A DNA stretch of 64,000 nt from an uncultured Acidimicrobiia bacterium (lineage in GTDB: Bacteria > Actinomycetota > Acidimicrobiia > Acidimicrobiales > AC-14), in NCBI GenBank assembly GCA_963836205.1, contig CAWIIV010000006.1:256001-320000 (forward strand). The letters run 5' to 3'. The first letter of the stretch is position 1. Each line of letters begins with the position of its first letter. The position numbers and the translations under genes were made by a program. A model generated the notes under the pieces. That model saw only the letters and a program-made list of their open reading frames with translations. It had not been told where the DNA came from and ran no database searches. Positions 33,032 to 47,790 of this stretch are shown piece by piece.

Positions 33032-34288
33032 ATGTCCTCGACCTCTGCCCCCCGCACCATCGCCATGCTCGTCGGCGGCGGTCCCGCGCCCGGCCTCAAC
33101 GGCGTCATCAACTCGGTCACCCTGAGCGCCCGGGCCCGGGGGTGGCGGGTCCTCGGCGTCCCCAAGGGCTTCTCCCAGCTCATGGTGGGCGACGTGTCGG
33201 GCGTCCGCGAGCTGACTGAGGCCGACGTCGACGGCATCGCCACCAAGGGCGGCAGCGTCCTCTACACGGCCCGGGCCAACCCCACCAAGAAGCAGGAGGA
33301 CCTCGACGCGGTGGTGGCCGCTCTCGGCAAGCTGGGGGTCACCGACCTGGTCACTCTCGGGGGCGACGACACCGCCTCCAGCGCGGTGAAGGTGGCGGGT
33401 GCCTTCGGCGGAGAGATGCGAGCCGTCCACGTCCCCAAGACGATCGACAACGACCTCCCCCTACCCCTGGAGGCGCCCACCTTCGGCTACGAGACGGCCA
33501 AGTACTGGGGCGCGGAGCTGCTCAAGAACCTGCTGGCCGACGCCAAGACCACCAGCCGCTGGTACATGGTCACGGCCATGGGGCGCTCGGCCGGGCACCT
33601 GGCGGTGGCCATGGCCATCGGGTCGGGGTCGCACCTGGTGTCGATCCAGGAGGAGTTCCCGCCGGGGGCGATCACCGTGGCCCAGGTGGCCGACATGGTG
33701 GAGGCCGCCATCCTCAAGCGCATGGTCGCCGGTGAGGGTTGGGGCCTGGCCGTGCTGGCCGAGGGCCTGCTCGACCAGATGTCGGAAGAGGAGATGTCGC
33801 AGTACGTCACCGAGTACGACGAGCACGGCCATCCTCGCCTGTCGGAGATCGACCTGGGCAAGATCGTCCGCGACGTGGTCGCCGCCCGCTTCAAGGAGCG
33901 GGGCGTGAAGATGGCCTTCATCACCAAGATCATCGGCTACGAGCTGCGCTGCGCCGACCCCATCGCCTTCGACGTCCAGTACACCCGCACGCTCGGATAC
34001 GGCGCGGTCGAGTTCCTGGCCAACGGGTCGGGGAACGCCTTGATCTCGTTGCAGGCGGGCAAGCTCGTCCCGATCGACTTCGCCGACCTCCAGGACCCGT
34101 CCACCGGGAAGGTGCGGGTGCGCAAGGTCGACGTCGACGGCGGTGTGTGGCAGGCGGCGCTGGCCCTCCAGTCCCGGTTGCGGGCGGGCGATCTCGAGGG
34201 CGACTCGCTGGAGGCCCTGGTGGCGGTGTCCAAGGAGGACGGCGCGGCCCTGGCCGCCCGCTTCGCCGGGCTGGTCGGCCAGGGTTAG
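33032..34288 (+). CDS. pfp: Phosphofructokinase, probably PPi-dependent
   Basis: GGGPAPG, GGDD, PKTIDND, MGR, GYELR. Confidence 0.88.
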   Translation: MSSTSAPRTIAMLVGGGPAPGLNGVINSVTLSARARGWRVLGVPKGFSQLMVGDVSGVRELTEADVDGIATKGGSVLYTARANPTKKQEDLDAVVAALGKLGVTDLVTLGGDDTASSAVKVAGAFGGEMRAVHVPKTIDNDLPLPLEAPTFGYETAKYWGAELLKNLLADAKTTSRWYMVTAMGRSAGHLAVAMAIGSGSHLVSIQEEFPPGAITVAQVADMVEAAILKRMVAGEGWGLAVLAEGLLDQMSEEEMSQYVTEYDEHGHPRLSEIDLGKIVRDVVAARFKERGVKMAFITKIIGYELRCADPIAFDVQYTRTLGYGAVEFLANGSGNALISLQAGKLVPIDFADLQDPSTGKVRVRKVDVDGGVWQAALALQSRLRAGDLEGDSLEALVAVSKEDGAALAARFAGLVGQG

Positions 34289-35469
34289 CTGGTACTCCCG
34301 TCGAGCACCGATCGCAGGCCGGGCGGGGTCAGGCGCGAGAGCAGCTGCACCGCCCGGGCCTGGGCCCGGTGGCGATCGACGGCCGTGGCCTGGGCCAGGG
34401 ATGCCCGCCCACCCCAGTCCACCTGCTGCGCCATGCGAGCCGCCTCCACCTCGGCCAGGCGGAGGGCGGCGCCGCCGGAGCTCACCGACGCCGACCACAG
34501 GAGGGGACTCTTGGCCGCCCGCTCGGCAGTGGCCATCATGGGCACGTCGTAGCGCCGCAGCTCGCCGGTGGCCATCAGGATCCGGGGGTTGGCGGCGAGG
34601 TCGTCGACGACGACGGTGGCGGTGGCCGCGGCCAGGGCGTCGGCCACCCACTGGTCGAGGATGGGCTTGGGATTGACCGCCGCCCCGCCGCCGGGATGGA
34701 TCTCGAAGTGGACGTGGGCCGGTCCTCCGGCGGCGTTGCCGGTGGCGCCGGTGAAGCCGACCACCTCGCCCTGTTCGACCGTGTCGCCGGTGTGGAGGCC
34801 GGGCGCAAAGCCGGCCAGGTGAGTCATGTAGTAATAGGTGCCGTCGTCGCCGGTGACGTAGACCGAGATCCCGCCCACCACCTCGCCGGTGAGCTCGACC
34901 TGGCCCCGGGATGGGGCCCGCACCGGGGTGCCGTGGTCGGCCCAGATGTCGTTGCCCTGGTGGTAGTGGGGCGTGGGGTTGTAGCGGGGATCGCGGAAGT
35001 CGTCGCTCCACGTGGCCAGGCCCGCCACCGGGAACTGCCCCATCCCCAGCACGAACACCTCCTGTTCGCTGAAGCCGAGGGCGGTACGGGGCCGGAGGGC
35101 TTCGAGGAGGGCATCGGTGCTGCTGTCACCGGTGCGCGGCCGGGTGTCGAGGGGCAGGTCGAAGACAGGCGGGTCGCCGGTCTCGGCCCCACCGTCGCCC
35201 ACCGGGGGTACGGCGGACGGATCGGGGGCCGGGGTCGTGGCTCCGTCGGTCGGCGGAGCAGGGACCACCGTCGTCGAGTCCGAGGGCTGCTCGACCGGCG
35301 GCGGGGTGGTAGTCGTCGTCGGCTCGGTGACGGGCGGAGGCGGCGTGGTCGTGGTGGAGTCGACCTGGCCCCGGACGCCGGCCGCTCGCGCCGGCCCCGC
35401 CCCAGTCGCGGCCAGGACGACGGCCACCGCCACCGCGACCAGGACCACGACCGAACGGCGATGAGACAT
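34285..35469 (-). CDS. Secreted M23 family peptidase
   Basis: Signal peptide, Pro/Thr linker, HQGND (HxxxD) and HVHFE (HxH) motifs. Confidence 0.88.
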   Translation of the reverse strand: MSHRRSVVVLVAVAVAVVLAATGAGPARAAGVRGQVDSTTTTPPPPVTEPTTTTTPPPVEQPSDSTTVVPAPPTDGATTPAPDPSAVPPVGDGGAETGDPPVFDLPLDTRPRTGDSSTDALLEALRPRTALGFSEQEVFVLGMGQFPVAGLATWSDDFRDPRYNPTPHYHQGNDIWADHGTPVRAPSRGQVELTGEVVGGISVYVTGDDGTYYYMTHLAGFAPGLHTGDTVEQGEVVGFTGATGNAAGGPAHVHFEIHPGGGAAVNPKPILDQWVADALAAATATVVVDDLAANPRILMATGELRRYDVPMMATAERAAKSPLLWSASVSSGGAALRLAEVEAARMAQQVDWGGRASLAQATAVDRHRAQARAVQLLSRLTPPGLRSVLDGSTS

Positions 35470-35500
35470 GGCTCTGGCCACCCCCAGGGCCGCCGCGTCC

Positions 35501-36310
35501 CTACCCATCCCCGGCGTGGCGCCACACGCCGCGCTTGGCGGCCCAGGAGTCGAAGGCGGCCACCAGGTGGTCGTCGGTGCCGAGGTCGTGCTCGCCGTCG
35601 GCCACCACGATGTCGCTGAGCTGCGCCGCGTCGGCGTCGGCCCATCCCCGGGCCACGCCCACCACCTGCCCGTCGCGGCGGGCGGTGATGGTGACCGGCT
35701 CCCGCCGTTGGCGCAGGAACCCGTCGGCCGACGGGTCGGTCTGCTCGGAGACGGTGAGCTCCACCGGCAGGCCGCCCCGTCCGATCACCGCCGGCGGGGC
35801 GAAGGGGAAGTCGGCGATCGGGCCCCACACCCGGCCCGGCCCTTCCTCGAGCAGGTGGAGGCGGTCGAAGTCGATGTCGACGTGGTAGCCGGAGAGGGCC
35901 TGGCGGGCGGCCTCGATCCGCTCCGGAGACACCTCGTCGGCCACGGTGACGTGGGGGACGAACGGCCAGGTGAGGGGCCGGGCGAGGGGGTCCTTGAACA
36001 CCCGGTCACGCGCCGCCAGCACCGCCTCGGTCCCCGACGTCACCGGGAGGTAGAGGACGGGGTTGTCGGGCAGGAACGTGGTGGGGGCGCCGAGCCCGAC
36101 CCGGAACGGCTTGGTCGCGCCGGCCGCCTCCCGCAGGAGGGCGAGGGCGTCGTCGAAGCGGTCGGCCCGCACGTTGACCGGGGGGACCAGGGTGAGGTGG
36201 GCCGGAACCCGCCCGTAGGTGCCGTCACCCACCGCCCGCCGGAGGCCGTCGATCTCGCGGTCGACCGGTGTCGGGATGAGCAGGACGACACCGACGCGGA
36301 AGCGCGACAT
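35501..36310 (-). CDS. 2H phosphoesterase (2'-5' RNA ligase family) with a GNAT-like C-terminal part
   Basis: Two HxT motifs (PAHLTL, VPHVTV). Confidence 0.8.
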   Translation of the reverse strand: MSRFRVGVVLLIPTPVDREIDGLRRAVGDGTYGRVPAHLTLVPPVNVRADRFDDALALLREAAGATKPFRVGLGAPTTFLPDNPVLYLPVTSGTEAVLAARDRVFKDPLARPLTWPFVPHVTVADEVSPERIEAARQALSGYHVDIDFDRLHLLEEGPGRVWGPIADFPFAPPAVIGRGGLPVELTVSEQTDPSADGFLRQRREPVTITARRDGQVVGVARGWADADAAQLSDIVVADGEHDLGTDDHLVAAFDSWAAKRGVWRHAGDG

Positions 36311-36317
36311 CGCCGGA

Positions 36318-37238
36318 CTAGGCCGCCATCGCCATCGCCAGTTGGGCGAGGACGTCGTCGGGCCGGTACCGGATGTCGGCCCAAGTGAACTGCAGGATCC
36401 GCCAGCCGAGGGCGAGCAGCCGGTTGAGCTTGCGACAGTTGCGCTGCAGGTCGTCCGCCCCGGAGTGGAAGGCCAGCCCTTGGACCTCGACGCCGAGCTT
36501 CCGAGCCGGACAGGCGAAGTCGAGCCGCACCCCGCCGACCTGGTACTGACGCTCGAAGTCGTCGATGCCCGCCTGCCGCAAGAGCCCCGCCATCCTGTCC
36601 TCGAGCACGCTCTCGGTAGCCGCCGCCCCCGCCCCCCGCTCCTCCAACACCCGCCGCAACGCGGCAACGCCGCTGCGCCCCGGCCGCCCGTGCCGCTCGA
36701 CCATCTCCGCCAGTCGCTCGACGGTGGTGAGCCGGCGGAGGATCGCGTCCTCCACCGCCGACTCGAAACGGTCGGGCGAGACAACGGCCCCCAGCACGAG
36801 CAGCGTGGCCGCCGGGCTCGTGACCGGAATCCCCCGTCTGGTCGTGAGAGCGTCGGGCGACCGCCGATGCAGGACCACGTCGTGAAGCCTCGGACACCGG
36901 TCGGCAGGCACGGTGACCTCCACCGGCGCCTGCTCGAAGCCCCTGAGGGCCCACAGCACCGCGGCGCTGCGATGCGACGCGGCCGCTCCGACCCCTGCCG
37001 CCATGCAGGCAGCCAGCACCCGCTGCTCCCACGTGACCGGAGCACCCGCCAGGCGGACGACGTTGGGCTGCGTCCGCACGTAGAGGCCTGACTTCGCTCG
37101 CGTCTGGAACTGGCGCGTCGTCATTCCCAGGGCAACGGCCTGGTCCCGGTGGACCAGGCTTCGCTGACGAGCGGCCACCCGGGCCACGGCGACATCAACC
37201 GAATTCACGACGAAAAGTGAACCACGGACGAGAGACAC
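36318..37238 (-). CDS. AbiEi-like N-terminal domain plus DUF559-type endonuclease domain protein
   Basis: AARQ..LV, ASHRSAA.LW, IPVTSPAAT, ESVLE, RLDFA, VEVQG..FH, GWRILQFTW. Confidence 0.85.
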   Translation of the reverse strand: MSLVRGSLFVVNSVDVAVARVAARQRSLVHRDQAVALGMTTRQFQTRAKSGLYVRTQPNVVRLAGAPVTWEQRVLAACMAAGVGAAASHRSAAVLWALRGFEQAPVEVTVPADRCPRLHDVVLHRRSPDALTTRRGIPVTSPAATLLVLGAVVSPDRFESAVEDAILRRLTTVERLAEMVERHGRPGRSGVAALRRVLEERGAGAAATESVLEDRMAGLLRQAGIDDFERQYQVGGVRLDFACPARKLGVEVQGLAFHSGADDLQRNCRKLNRLLALGWRILQFTWADIRYRPDDVLAQLAMAMAA

Positions 37239-37261
37239 CGACCTGCGCCGAGGTTTCCGGC

Positions 37262-37310
37262 GCTTTGTGAAGCAAAAACGACATGGGAGGTCGCTTTTGC
37301 TTCAGAAAGC
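37262..37310. repeat. 49-bp imperfect palindrome (type C) upstream of the DUF559 gene
   Basis: GCTTTGTGAAGC AAAAA CGAC ATGGGAG GTCG CTTTT GCTTCAGAAAGC. Confidence 0.75.
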
Positions 37311-37482
37311 ACGCAGACCGCCGGCCGACCAGCCGAGCTGGGCAGTCGCGCCAGATCGGGTCGGCCCGGGTGGGGCTGGTACACGCCGGCCGGCGGGCCA
37401 CCCAGGCGGCTGGGAGAAGGGCCGGCGGGGTGCCTGGAGCCGGGGGCGGGCGCAGGAACGGCCGTCGCGGCGAGGGGGCCGG

Positions 37483-37871
37483 TCAGCGGCTCCCGCGTTC
37501 GGCGGCGGCGAGGCGGGTGTTGGCCCGGCGGAGGGCGGCCTCGGCCTCGGCGTCGTCCATGCCCGACTCCTTGCGCTCGGCCGCCTCCTTGGCCCGGCGG
37601 GCCCGCTCGACATCGACCTGGCTGGCCAGCTCGGCCACGTCGGAGAGCACGATCACCCGGTTGTCGCGCACCTCCACGAACCCTCCGTGGACAGCGGCCA
37701 CCTCCTCGCCGGAACTGGTCTTGATCCGCACCAAGCCGTCGCCCAGTGCGCCCAGGAAGGGTGCGTGGCCGGCCAGAAAGGCGATCTCACCCCCGTCGAC
37801 CGTTCGCGCCACCACCATCTCGGCCTCGCCCGAGAACAGGATCCGCTCCGGCGACACCAACTCGACGTGCA

Positions 37872-37872
<1 letters not shown>
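37483..37872 (-). CDS. atpC: ATP synthase epsilon subunit
   Basis: VELVSPER, GHAP, GGFVEV; operon position. Confidence 0.95.
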
Positions 37873-41950
<4,078 letters not shown>

Positions 41951-41951
<1 letters not shown>

Positions 41952-42478
41952 TACATCGCTTCCTTCAGGAGTTCGAGCTTGTGGCGGACGCTGCCGTCGA
42001 TGACGACGTCGCCCACCCGGGCCACGATGCCGCCCATCACCGACGGGTCGACGATCACCCGCAGGTCGACGGGCTGGCCGAGCATGGTGCCGAGGGCGGT
42101 GGTGAGTCGCTTGAGCTGGTCCTCGTTGAGGGGGACCGCGGAGCGGACCTCGGCCACCGCCCGCTGCCGCTCGGCCGCCACCATCGCCAACAGGGCGGTG
42201 ACGATCTCCGGCAGCTCGCGGATGCGACCCAGCCCGACCAGCAACGACACCATCTGGACGGTGATGCGCGACGCCCGGTCGGCGAGGAGGTCCTCGATCG
42301 CGGCCTGGCGCCGGTCGACCGGCATGGTGGAGTTGCCCAGCGCGTCGCGCAGGGCCTCCGACCGCTCGAGGAGGGCGGAGACCCGGTGAAGCTCGTCGCT
42401 CACCCGGTCGACGGAGTCCTCGGCCAAGGCCAATGCGAACAGGCCGGCGGCGTACCCGTCGATCCGCTTGGTCGTCAT
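41951..42478 (-). CDS. atpH: ATP synthase delta subunit
   Basis: [20 protein letters not shown]; operon position. Confidence 0.92.
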
Positions 42479-42491
42479 GGGCGCTCGCTCA

Positions 42492-43061
42492 TCAGCCCGC
42501 CGGCTGCCGGGAGGCTTGCTCGATGAAGCTCTCGATGAGGGCCATGTTGGTGTCACGGTCGAGGTTGCGCTCGACGACCTTCTCGGCCAGGTCGATGGTG
42601 AGGCGGGCCACCTCGGTGCGGAGGTTGGCCTTCACCCGCTCGACGTGGGCGTTGATGTCGGCCGTGGCCCGCTCCCGGATCTCGGCCACCTCGGTCTCGG
42701 CCTGCTTCTTCAGCTCCTGGCGCACCCGGTCGGCGTCCTGACGGGCGGCCTCGATGATGCGGGCCGCCTCGGTGCTGGCGTCGGCCAGCTTGCGCCGGTA
42801 CTCCTCGAGGATGGTGTCGGCCTCGTCCTTGGCCTTCTCCGCCTCGGCCAGGCTGGCCTTGATCTTCTCGGCCCGGGCGTCCATGCCCTTCTTGACCGCG
42901 GGGAAGCCCTTCTTGACCATGAAGAACAGGAGGATGGCGAACGACAGCGCCCCCCAGATGATCTCGTTGGTGGCGGGGAGGATCGGGTTGACCTTCTCCT
43001 CGGCCTCGGCGACGTGCTCACCCGCCTCCTGGGCGAAGGCGAGGACGGTGGCGATCATCAT
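42492..43061 (-). CDS. atpF: ATP synthase subunit b
   Basis: NPILP, single TM, long charged helix, AEKVV. Confidence 0.93.
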   Translation of the reverse strand: MMIATVLAFAQEAGEHVAEAEEKVNPILPATNEIIWGALSFAILLFFMVKKGFPAVKKGMDARAEKIKASLAEAEKAKDEADTILEEYRRKLADASTEAARIIEAARQDADRVRQELKKQAETEVAEIRERATADINAHVERVKANLRTEVARLTIDLAEKVVERNLDRDTNMALIESFIEQASRQPAG

Positions 43062-43072
43062 GTCGCCGCCTC

Positions 43073-43348
<276 letters not shown>

Positions 43349-44143
43349 CTAGTGCTCTGGGTGCATGGCCCCGCCGATGTAGACGGCGGTGAGAATGGTG
43401 AAGATGAACGCCTGCAGCCCGGCGACGAGGATCTCGAAGCCTGTGAGCAGGACCAGCATGATGAACGGCAACGGCAGGATCACCGCGAGCAGCGTCTTGC
43501 TGAAGAGGGCGGCCGACAGCACCGCGAAGGTGACCAGCAACAGGTGGCCGGCGAGCATGTTGGCGAAGAGCCGGACGGCCAGCGAGAAGGGCCGGACGAT
43601 GAAGGTGGAGATGAACTCGATGAGCGCCACGAGGGGCAGGATGCCCTTGGGCACGCCCGGCGGCATGACGACCGACTTGAGGTAGCCGATCGGTCCCTGG
43701 GCCTTGATCCCCATGAAGTTGTAGATGCACCACACGACGACGGCGAGGAAGATCGGCAGGGCCATGCGGGCGTTCACGGGGAACTGGATGCCGGGGATGA
43801 CCTCGAACAGGTTGGTCACGAAGATGAAGAAGAACATCGTCGTGAGGAACGGGGCGAAGCGCATCCCGTCGTTGCCCATCGTCTGCAGGATGATGTCCTT
43901 GCGGACGAACTCGATGCCCGACTCGGCGATGTGCTGCACCCCGGCGGGGACCAGGTTGCCCGACTTGATGCCGATCGCCGACTTACGTCCCGCAGCCCAG
44001 AACAGCCCGCCCACGATGAGCACGCCGGCCCACATGAGGAGGACGACCTTGTTGACCTCGAAGGCCGTGCCCTTGAGGAACAGGCCCTCCCACTCCACCA
44101 GCTCCTTGATGGGAGGGAAATGGAGCGCCAGGATCGAGGTCAT
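43349..44143 (-). CDS. atpB: ATP synthase subunit a
   Basis: RPFSLAVRLFANMLAGH, LQAFIF. Confidence 0.96.
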   Translation of the reverse strand: MTSILALHFPPIKELVEWEGLFLKGTAFEVNKVVLLMWAGVLIVGGLFWAAGRKSAIGIKSGNLVPAGVQHIAESGIEFVRKDIILQTMGNDGMRFAPFLTTMFFFIFVTNLFEVIPGIQFPVNARMALPIFLAVVVWCIYNFMGIKAQGPIGYLKSVVMPPGVPKGILPLVALIEFISTFIVRPFSLAVRLFANMLAGHLLLVTFAVLSAALFSKTLLAVILPLPFIMLVLLTGFEILVAGLQAFIFTILTAVYIGGAMHPEH

Positions 44144-44619
44144 CGTCCCCTTCCTGCATCTTTGGGCCTTCCAGCTCTTGAGACGGAAGTCGGCTTGAGG
44201 GCCGGAAAGGCGAGGGAGGCGGATATGTGGCGGGTCTCCCAGATGAGCAGGCCCAGGTGGGTGACGACGAGGGTGAGGGAGAGGGCAACCAGGTCGACCC
44301 AGCCCTGGTCCTTGACCAGGATGACGACGCCGGTGAGCACGGCCAGGCGGATCACGAAGCCGCCCAGGGCAGCCACCATCAGCAGGGGGAGGGAGATGCG
44401 GGCGGCGGTGGCCAACAGCCAGGCGGACGCGGCCAGGTTGGCCAGCACCAGGAGGATGGCGAAGGCGGCCGAGGTGGCGCCGTCGACGCCCCACACCAGG
44501 CCGGCGACGAGCACGAGCACTGGCACCGCGGGCAGGACGCGCCGGGCCATGTCGAGGGCCACCTGGGGCTCGACGGCGGGGCCGTGATCGGCGGTGAGGA
44601 GGGGGGTCTGGGTCATCAA
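44140..44619 (-). CDS. atpI: ATP synthase protein I
   Basis: Four-TM protein directly upstream of atpB. Confidence 0.75.
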   Translation of the reverse strand: MMTQTPLLTADHGPAVEPQVALDMARRVLPAVPVLVLVAGLVWGVDGATSAAFAILLVLANLAASAWLLATAARISLPLLMVAALGGFVIRLAVLTGVVILVKDQGWVDLVALSLTLVVTHLGLLIWETRHISASLAFPALKPTSVSRAGRPKDAGRGR

Positions 44620-44909
44620 TCAGGGGTCCGAGCAGGGGCCTGCTTGGCCCACGGCCCGTCCTGCTCGTGAACCTTCATGCGGGCGTCGTAGCCGTACCAC
44701 ATCGTGGCGATGAGTCCGATCATGGCGGTGAGAAAGAAGACGATGGTCAGGACAGGGACGATGCCCAGGAGGCGGTCGAGCAGGTAGCCGAAGGCAGCGA
44801 AGATCGGAGGCGTCAGCGCAAGCTCGAACGACCGCGACAGACTGTCGCCGAAGCCCCGGTACAACTCGCCCTGCTCACCCTGCTCGCGACCTTGCAAACC
44901 GACTGACAT
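44616..44909 (-). CDS. AtpZ/AtpI family two-TM protein
   Basis: FELALTP...GYLLDRLLGIVP; first gene of the atp operon. Confidence 0.75.
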   Translation of the reverse strand: MSVGLQGREQGEQGELYRGFGDSLSRSFELALTPPIFAAFGYLLDRLLGIVPVLTIVFFLTAMIGLIATMWYGYDARMKVHEQDGPWAKQAPARTPD

Positions 44910-44913
44910 CCCC

Positions 44914-44935
44914 TTGTGAAACAACGCGCAATCTA
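44914..44935 (-). promoter_or_regulatory. Putative Rex operator overlapping the atp promoter
   Basis: TTGTGAA ACAA CGCGCAA versus consensus TTGTGAA-N4-TTCACAA; minus-strand TAGATT -10 at 44930-44935. Confidence 0.5.
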
Positions 44936-45131
44936 CGGGACACGCCCCCGAAACCGCAAACTGACCAGGCAGCGCCGACCGACGTCCACCACGCCGACCC
45001 TCACTCGGTGTTCGCTGGCGACTCCACCCCAGGCCGATTTCGCCGAGTGCCTCCGGTGGGGCTGATCCGCCGGTCGGCGGTAGGCACCGGACTCTCCTCG
45101 CCACGGGCAGGAGGTGGCGGTACCGTGTGAC

Positions 45132-47749
45132 GTGGGCCGTTGCACCGATTTCGGCGTGACAATCCAGTCCGGCTGCAACCATGCCATGCGGCGCGAGCAG
45201 TCCTCGTGCGCGTGTCCCGAGTGCAGCGTGGTGTGCCGCGGCAAGTACACCGGCCGCCCCGACGTGTGGGCCGCCGGCACCCGGGCCGAGGCGCCCACCG
45301 TCGTCCGTACGGGCGACCCCCGCGGCGCCGCTCCCGCTTGGAATGCCGAGGCCGACCCGCCGGCCACGGCCACGCCATCTGGCCCCCCCGCCAAAGTGTC
45401 CAATCGCCGGGCCGGCCGTGCCCAGGGTGGCGCGACCGATAGCGAATGGGTGATCGCCCGCTGCCGCCGGAGTCGATGGCGGGAGCAACTCCGCCGGCGC
45501 CACCGTCCCGGCCCACCCCGCGCTCCAAGACGGTGAAGCGCCGGTCCGGCCGCGCCCGCGGTGTCCGCATGGGCCCCGAATGGATGCTCGCCCCGCTGCC
45601 GACGGAGTCGCCGGCGAGCTCCGTCCCCCCAGCCCAGTCCGCTCCGCCCCCCCCACCAGCCCAACCAGCCCAACCAGCCCCACCAGCCCAACCAGCCCAA
45701 CCAGCCCCACCAGCCCCACCAGCCCCACCAGCCCAACCAGCCTCGCCAGCCTCGACCGGCCCGCCAGTCCGGTCAGTCCGGTCGACTCCGCAGGCCCCGC
45801 CGCCGGTGCCGGCTCCACCTGTGCAAACGGCCGTAACCCTGCCGCCGGTTCAGCCGGGCCCGCCGGAGCAGTCGGCACCCACATACGACGAGCGGGCGGC
45901 GGTGGCCCTGGACCGGCTCGAACAGCGGGCGGCGGAGATCGACGAGCGGGCGGCGGCGGTCGCACGAGCACTGGAGGGCGAACGAGCCCGACTGGAGCAG
46001 ATGGCCGTCGACCTGGCGGCCCGGGTACCCGTGACCGACGCGCCGGCCGCGGCGTCGGTGGCGGTGCTGGCCCGGCTCGAACAGCGGGCGGCCGAGATCG
46101 ACGAGCGGGCGACGGCCCACAACCGGGCGTTCGACAACGACCGGGCCTGGCTGGAGCGGCTGGCGGCGGAGTTGCCGGCGAAGGCCCGCCAACTCGACGA
46201 CCGGGCTGAAGCCCATCGCCTCGCGCTCGACCGCGAGCGGGCCTCCTTGGACGGCCTCGCCCGCGAGCTGACCGCTCGTTCCGAGGAGCTCGACGCCCGG
46301 GCGGCAGCCCACATGAAGGCCCTCGAGCGCGACCGCTCGGCTCTGCCCGACGACCTTCGGCGCTCGCTCGGCGCGACCCTGCCCGCCCTGGTGGCGGATG
46401 CCGTCCGGCTCGACGCCGCCCGCCGGGCCGAGCGCCAACCGCCCGCCCGGCCCGACTCCCCGGCCCCCCGCTCCGAGCCCGACCCCGTTGTCGAAGCTCG
46501 CCAGCGTTCGCTGGAGAAGCGCCTCGACGGCCTCACCCGCCGGGCCCAGGAGATAGACGAGCGGGTCACCACCCGCCTCCGGGCCATCGACGACGACCGG
46601 GCCGTCCTGGCCGACGTGGTCCGTCACCAGGACAAGATGGCCCAGGCGATAGCCGACGCCGACCTCGACGGCCGTCATCAACGACTGGTGGAGTGGGTCA
46701 ACGACGCCATCCCCCAGGCGGTGGCGGAGGCGGTCGACGCGGCCATGAAGGTGAAGGCGGCGGCGTTGTCGACGGCCGTCGGGCGGGTCGAGAAGGTTCG
46801 AACCGAGACCAAGACCATGGCCGAGACCATCCAGGAGTCGTCGGAGCGGATGCTGGAGGCCCTCTTCCGCCGCGACCAGGACAGCGCGGCCCAGCTCCAG
46901 GCGCTGGCCGAGGAGCAGGCGGCGATGACGGCGATGCTCGAGGGAGGTCGCGACGAGATCGCCCGGTCGGTGGTCAACAACCTCCCGGCGTTGGTCGAAG
47001 TCGCCGTCCGCACGGCCATGGAGCGTTACGCCACCGAGCGGAGATCGGGCGTCCAGGAGCTGTCCAGCCGGCTGCGGGCCGACTCCGACGTCATGCGGGA
47101 AGCCCTGCAACGGTCGTTCGAGAAGATGATGGAGGCGCTCGCCACCCGCGAGCAGTCCCTCGACGACCGGGCCGCCAGCCACGTCAAGGCCCTTGAACAC
47201 GAGCGGGGGATCGTGTCCAACCTTTGGGACCAGGCGGCCCGCACCGTCACCGCCGCCATGCCGACCCTGGTCGCCGACGCGGTCAAGGCCGCCGACCAAC
47301 TCGACCGGGCCGAGCTGGAGGCGGTCCGGCAGGAGACGAGAGCGGTGCGCGAGCAGACGGAGCGGGTGCGCGAGGAGAGCGAAGCCATCGCCGCCGAGCT
47401 CCGGGAGGCGATCGCCGACCTGAAGGAAGCCCTGGTCGACCGCGACGGAGTGGTCGAACGGCAAGCCGCTGCCTACGAGCGCGCCGTCGATGGCCTCCGA
47501 GTTGCCATGGCCCGGAAACCGGTCGAGCCGAAGGCGAAGCCGGCGGCCGAGCCGGAGCCCGCATTGGTGGCCACGGTCGTCGACGAGCCCGGTGGCGGCC
47601 GGGCCAGGTTCGGCGCCTCGGCGGTGCCCCGGGCCCAACGGGTGGAGCGCCGCATGCTGAAGATCGACGACCGCGACGACGCCGCCTGGCCCGCCCTCGG
47701 CCGCCGGCAAGCGGCGCTGTCCGACCTCCTGGACGCCGACGACGACTGA
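45132..47749 (+). CDS. Large Pro-rich, coiled-coil repeat protein; the Cys-rich N-terminal ORF may be fused via a frameshift near 45445
   Basis: ORF 45446-47749 (767 aa, helical repeats); upstream frame encodes GRCTDFG...GCNHAM...CACPEC..VC. Confidence 0.65.
45656..45754 (+). repeat. 9-bp in-frame tandem repeat, 11 units
   Basis: CCAGCC(CAA/CCA/TCG) encoding PAQ/PAP/PAS. Confidence 0.9.
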
Positions 47750-47790
47750 GCCGGCGGGGCCGCGCTGCCCCCGGCCGCGAGACCCAAGCG

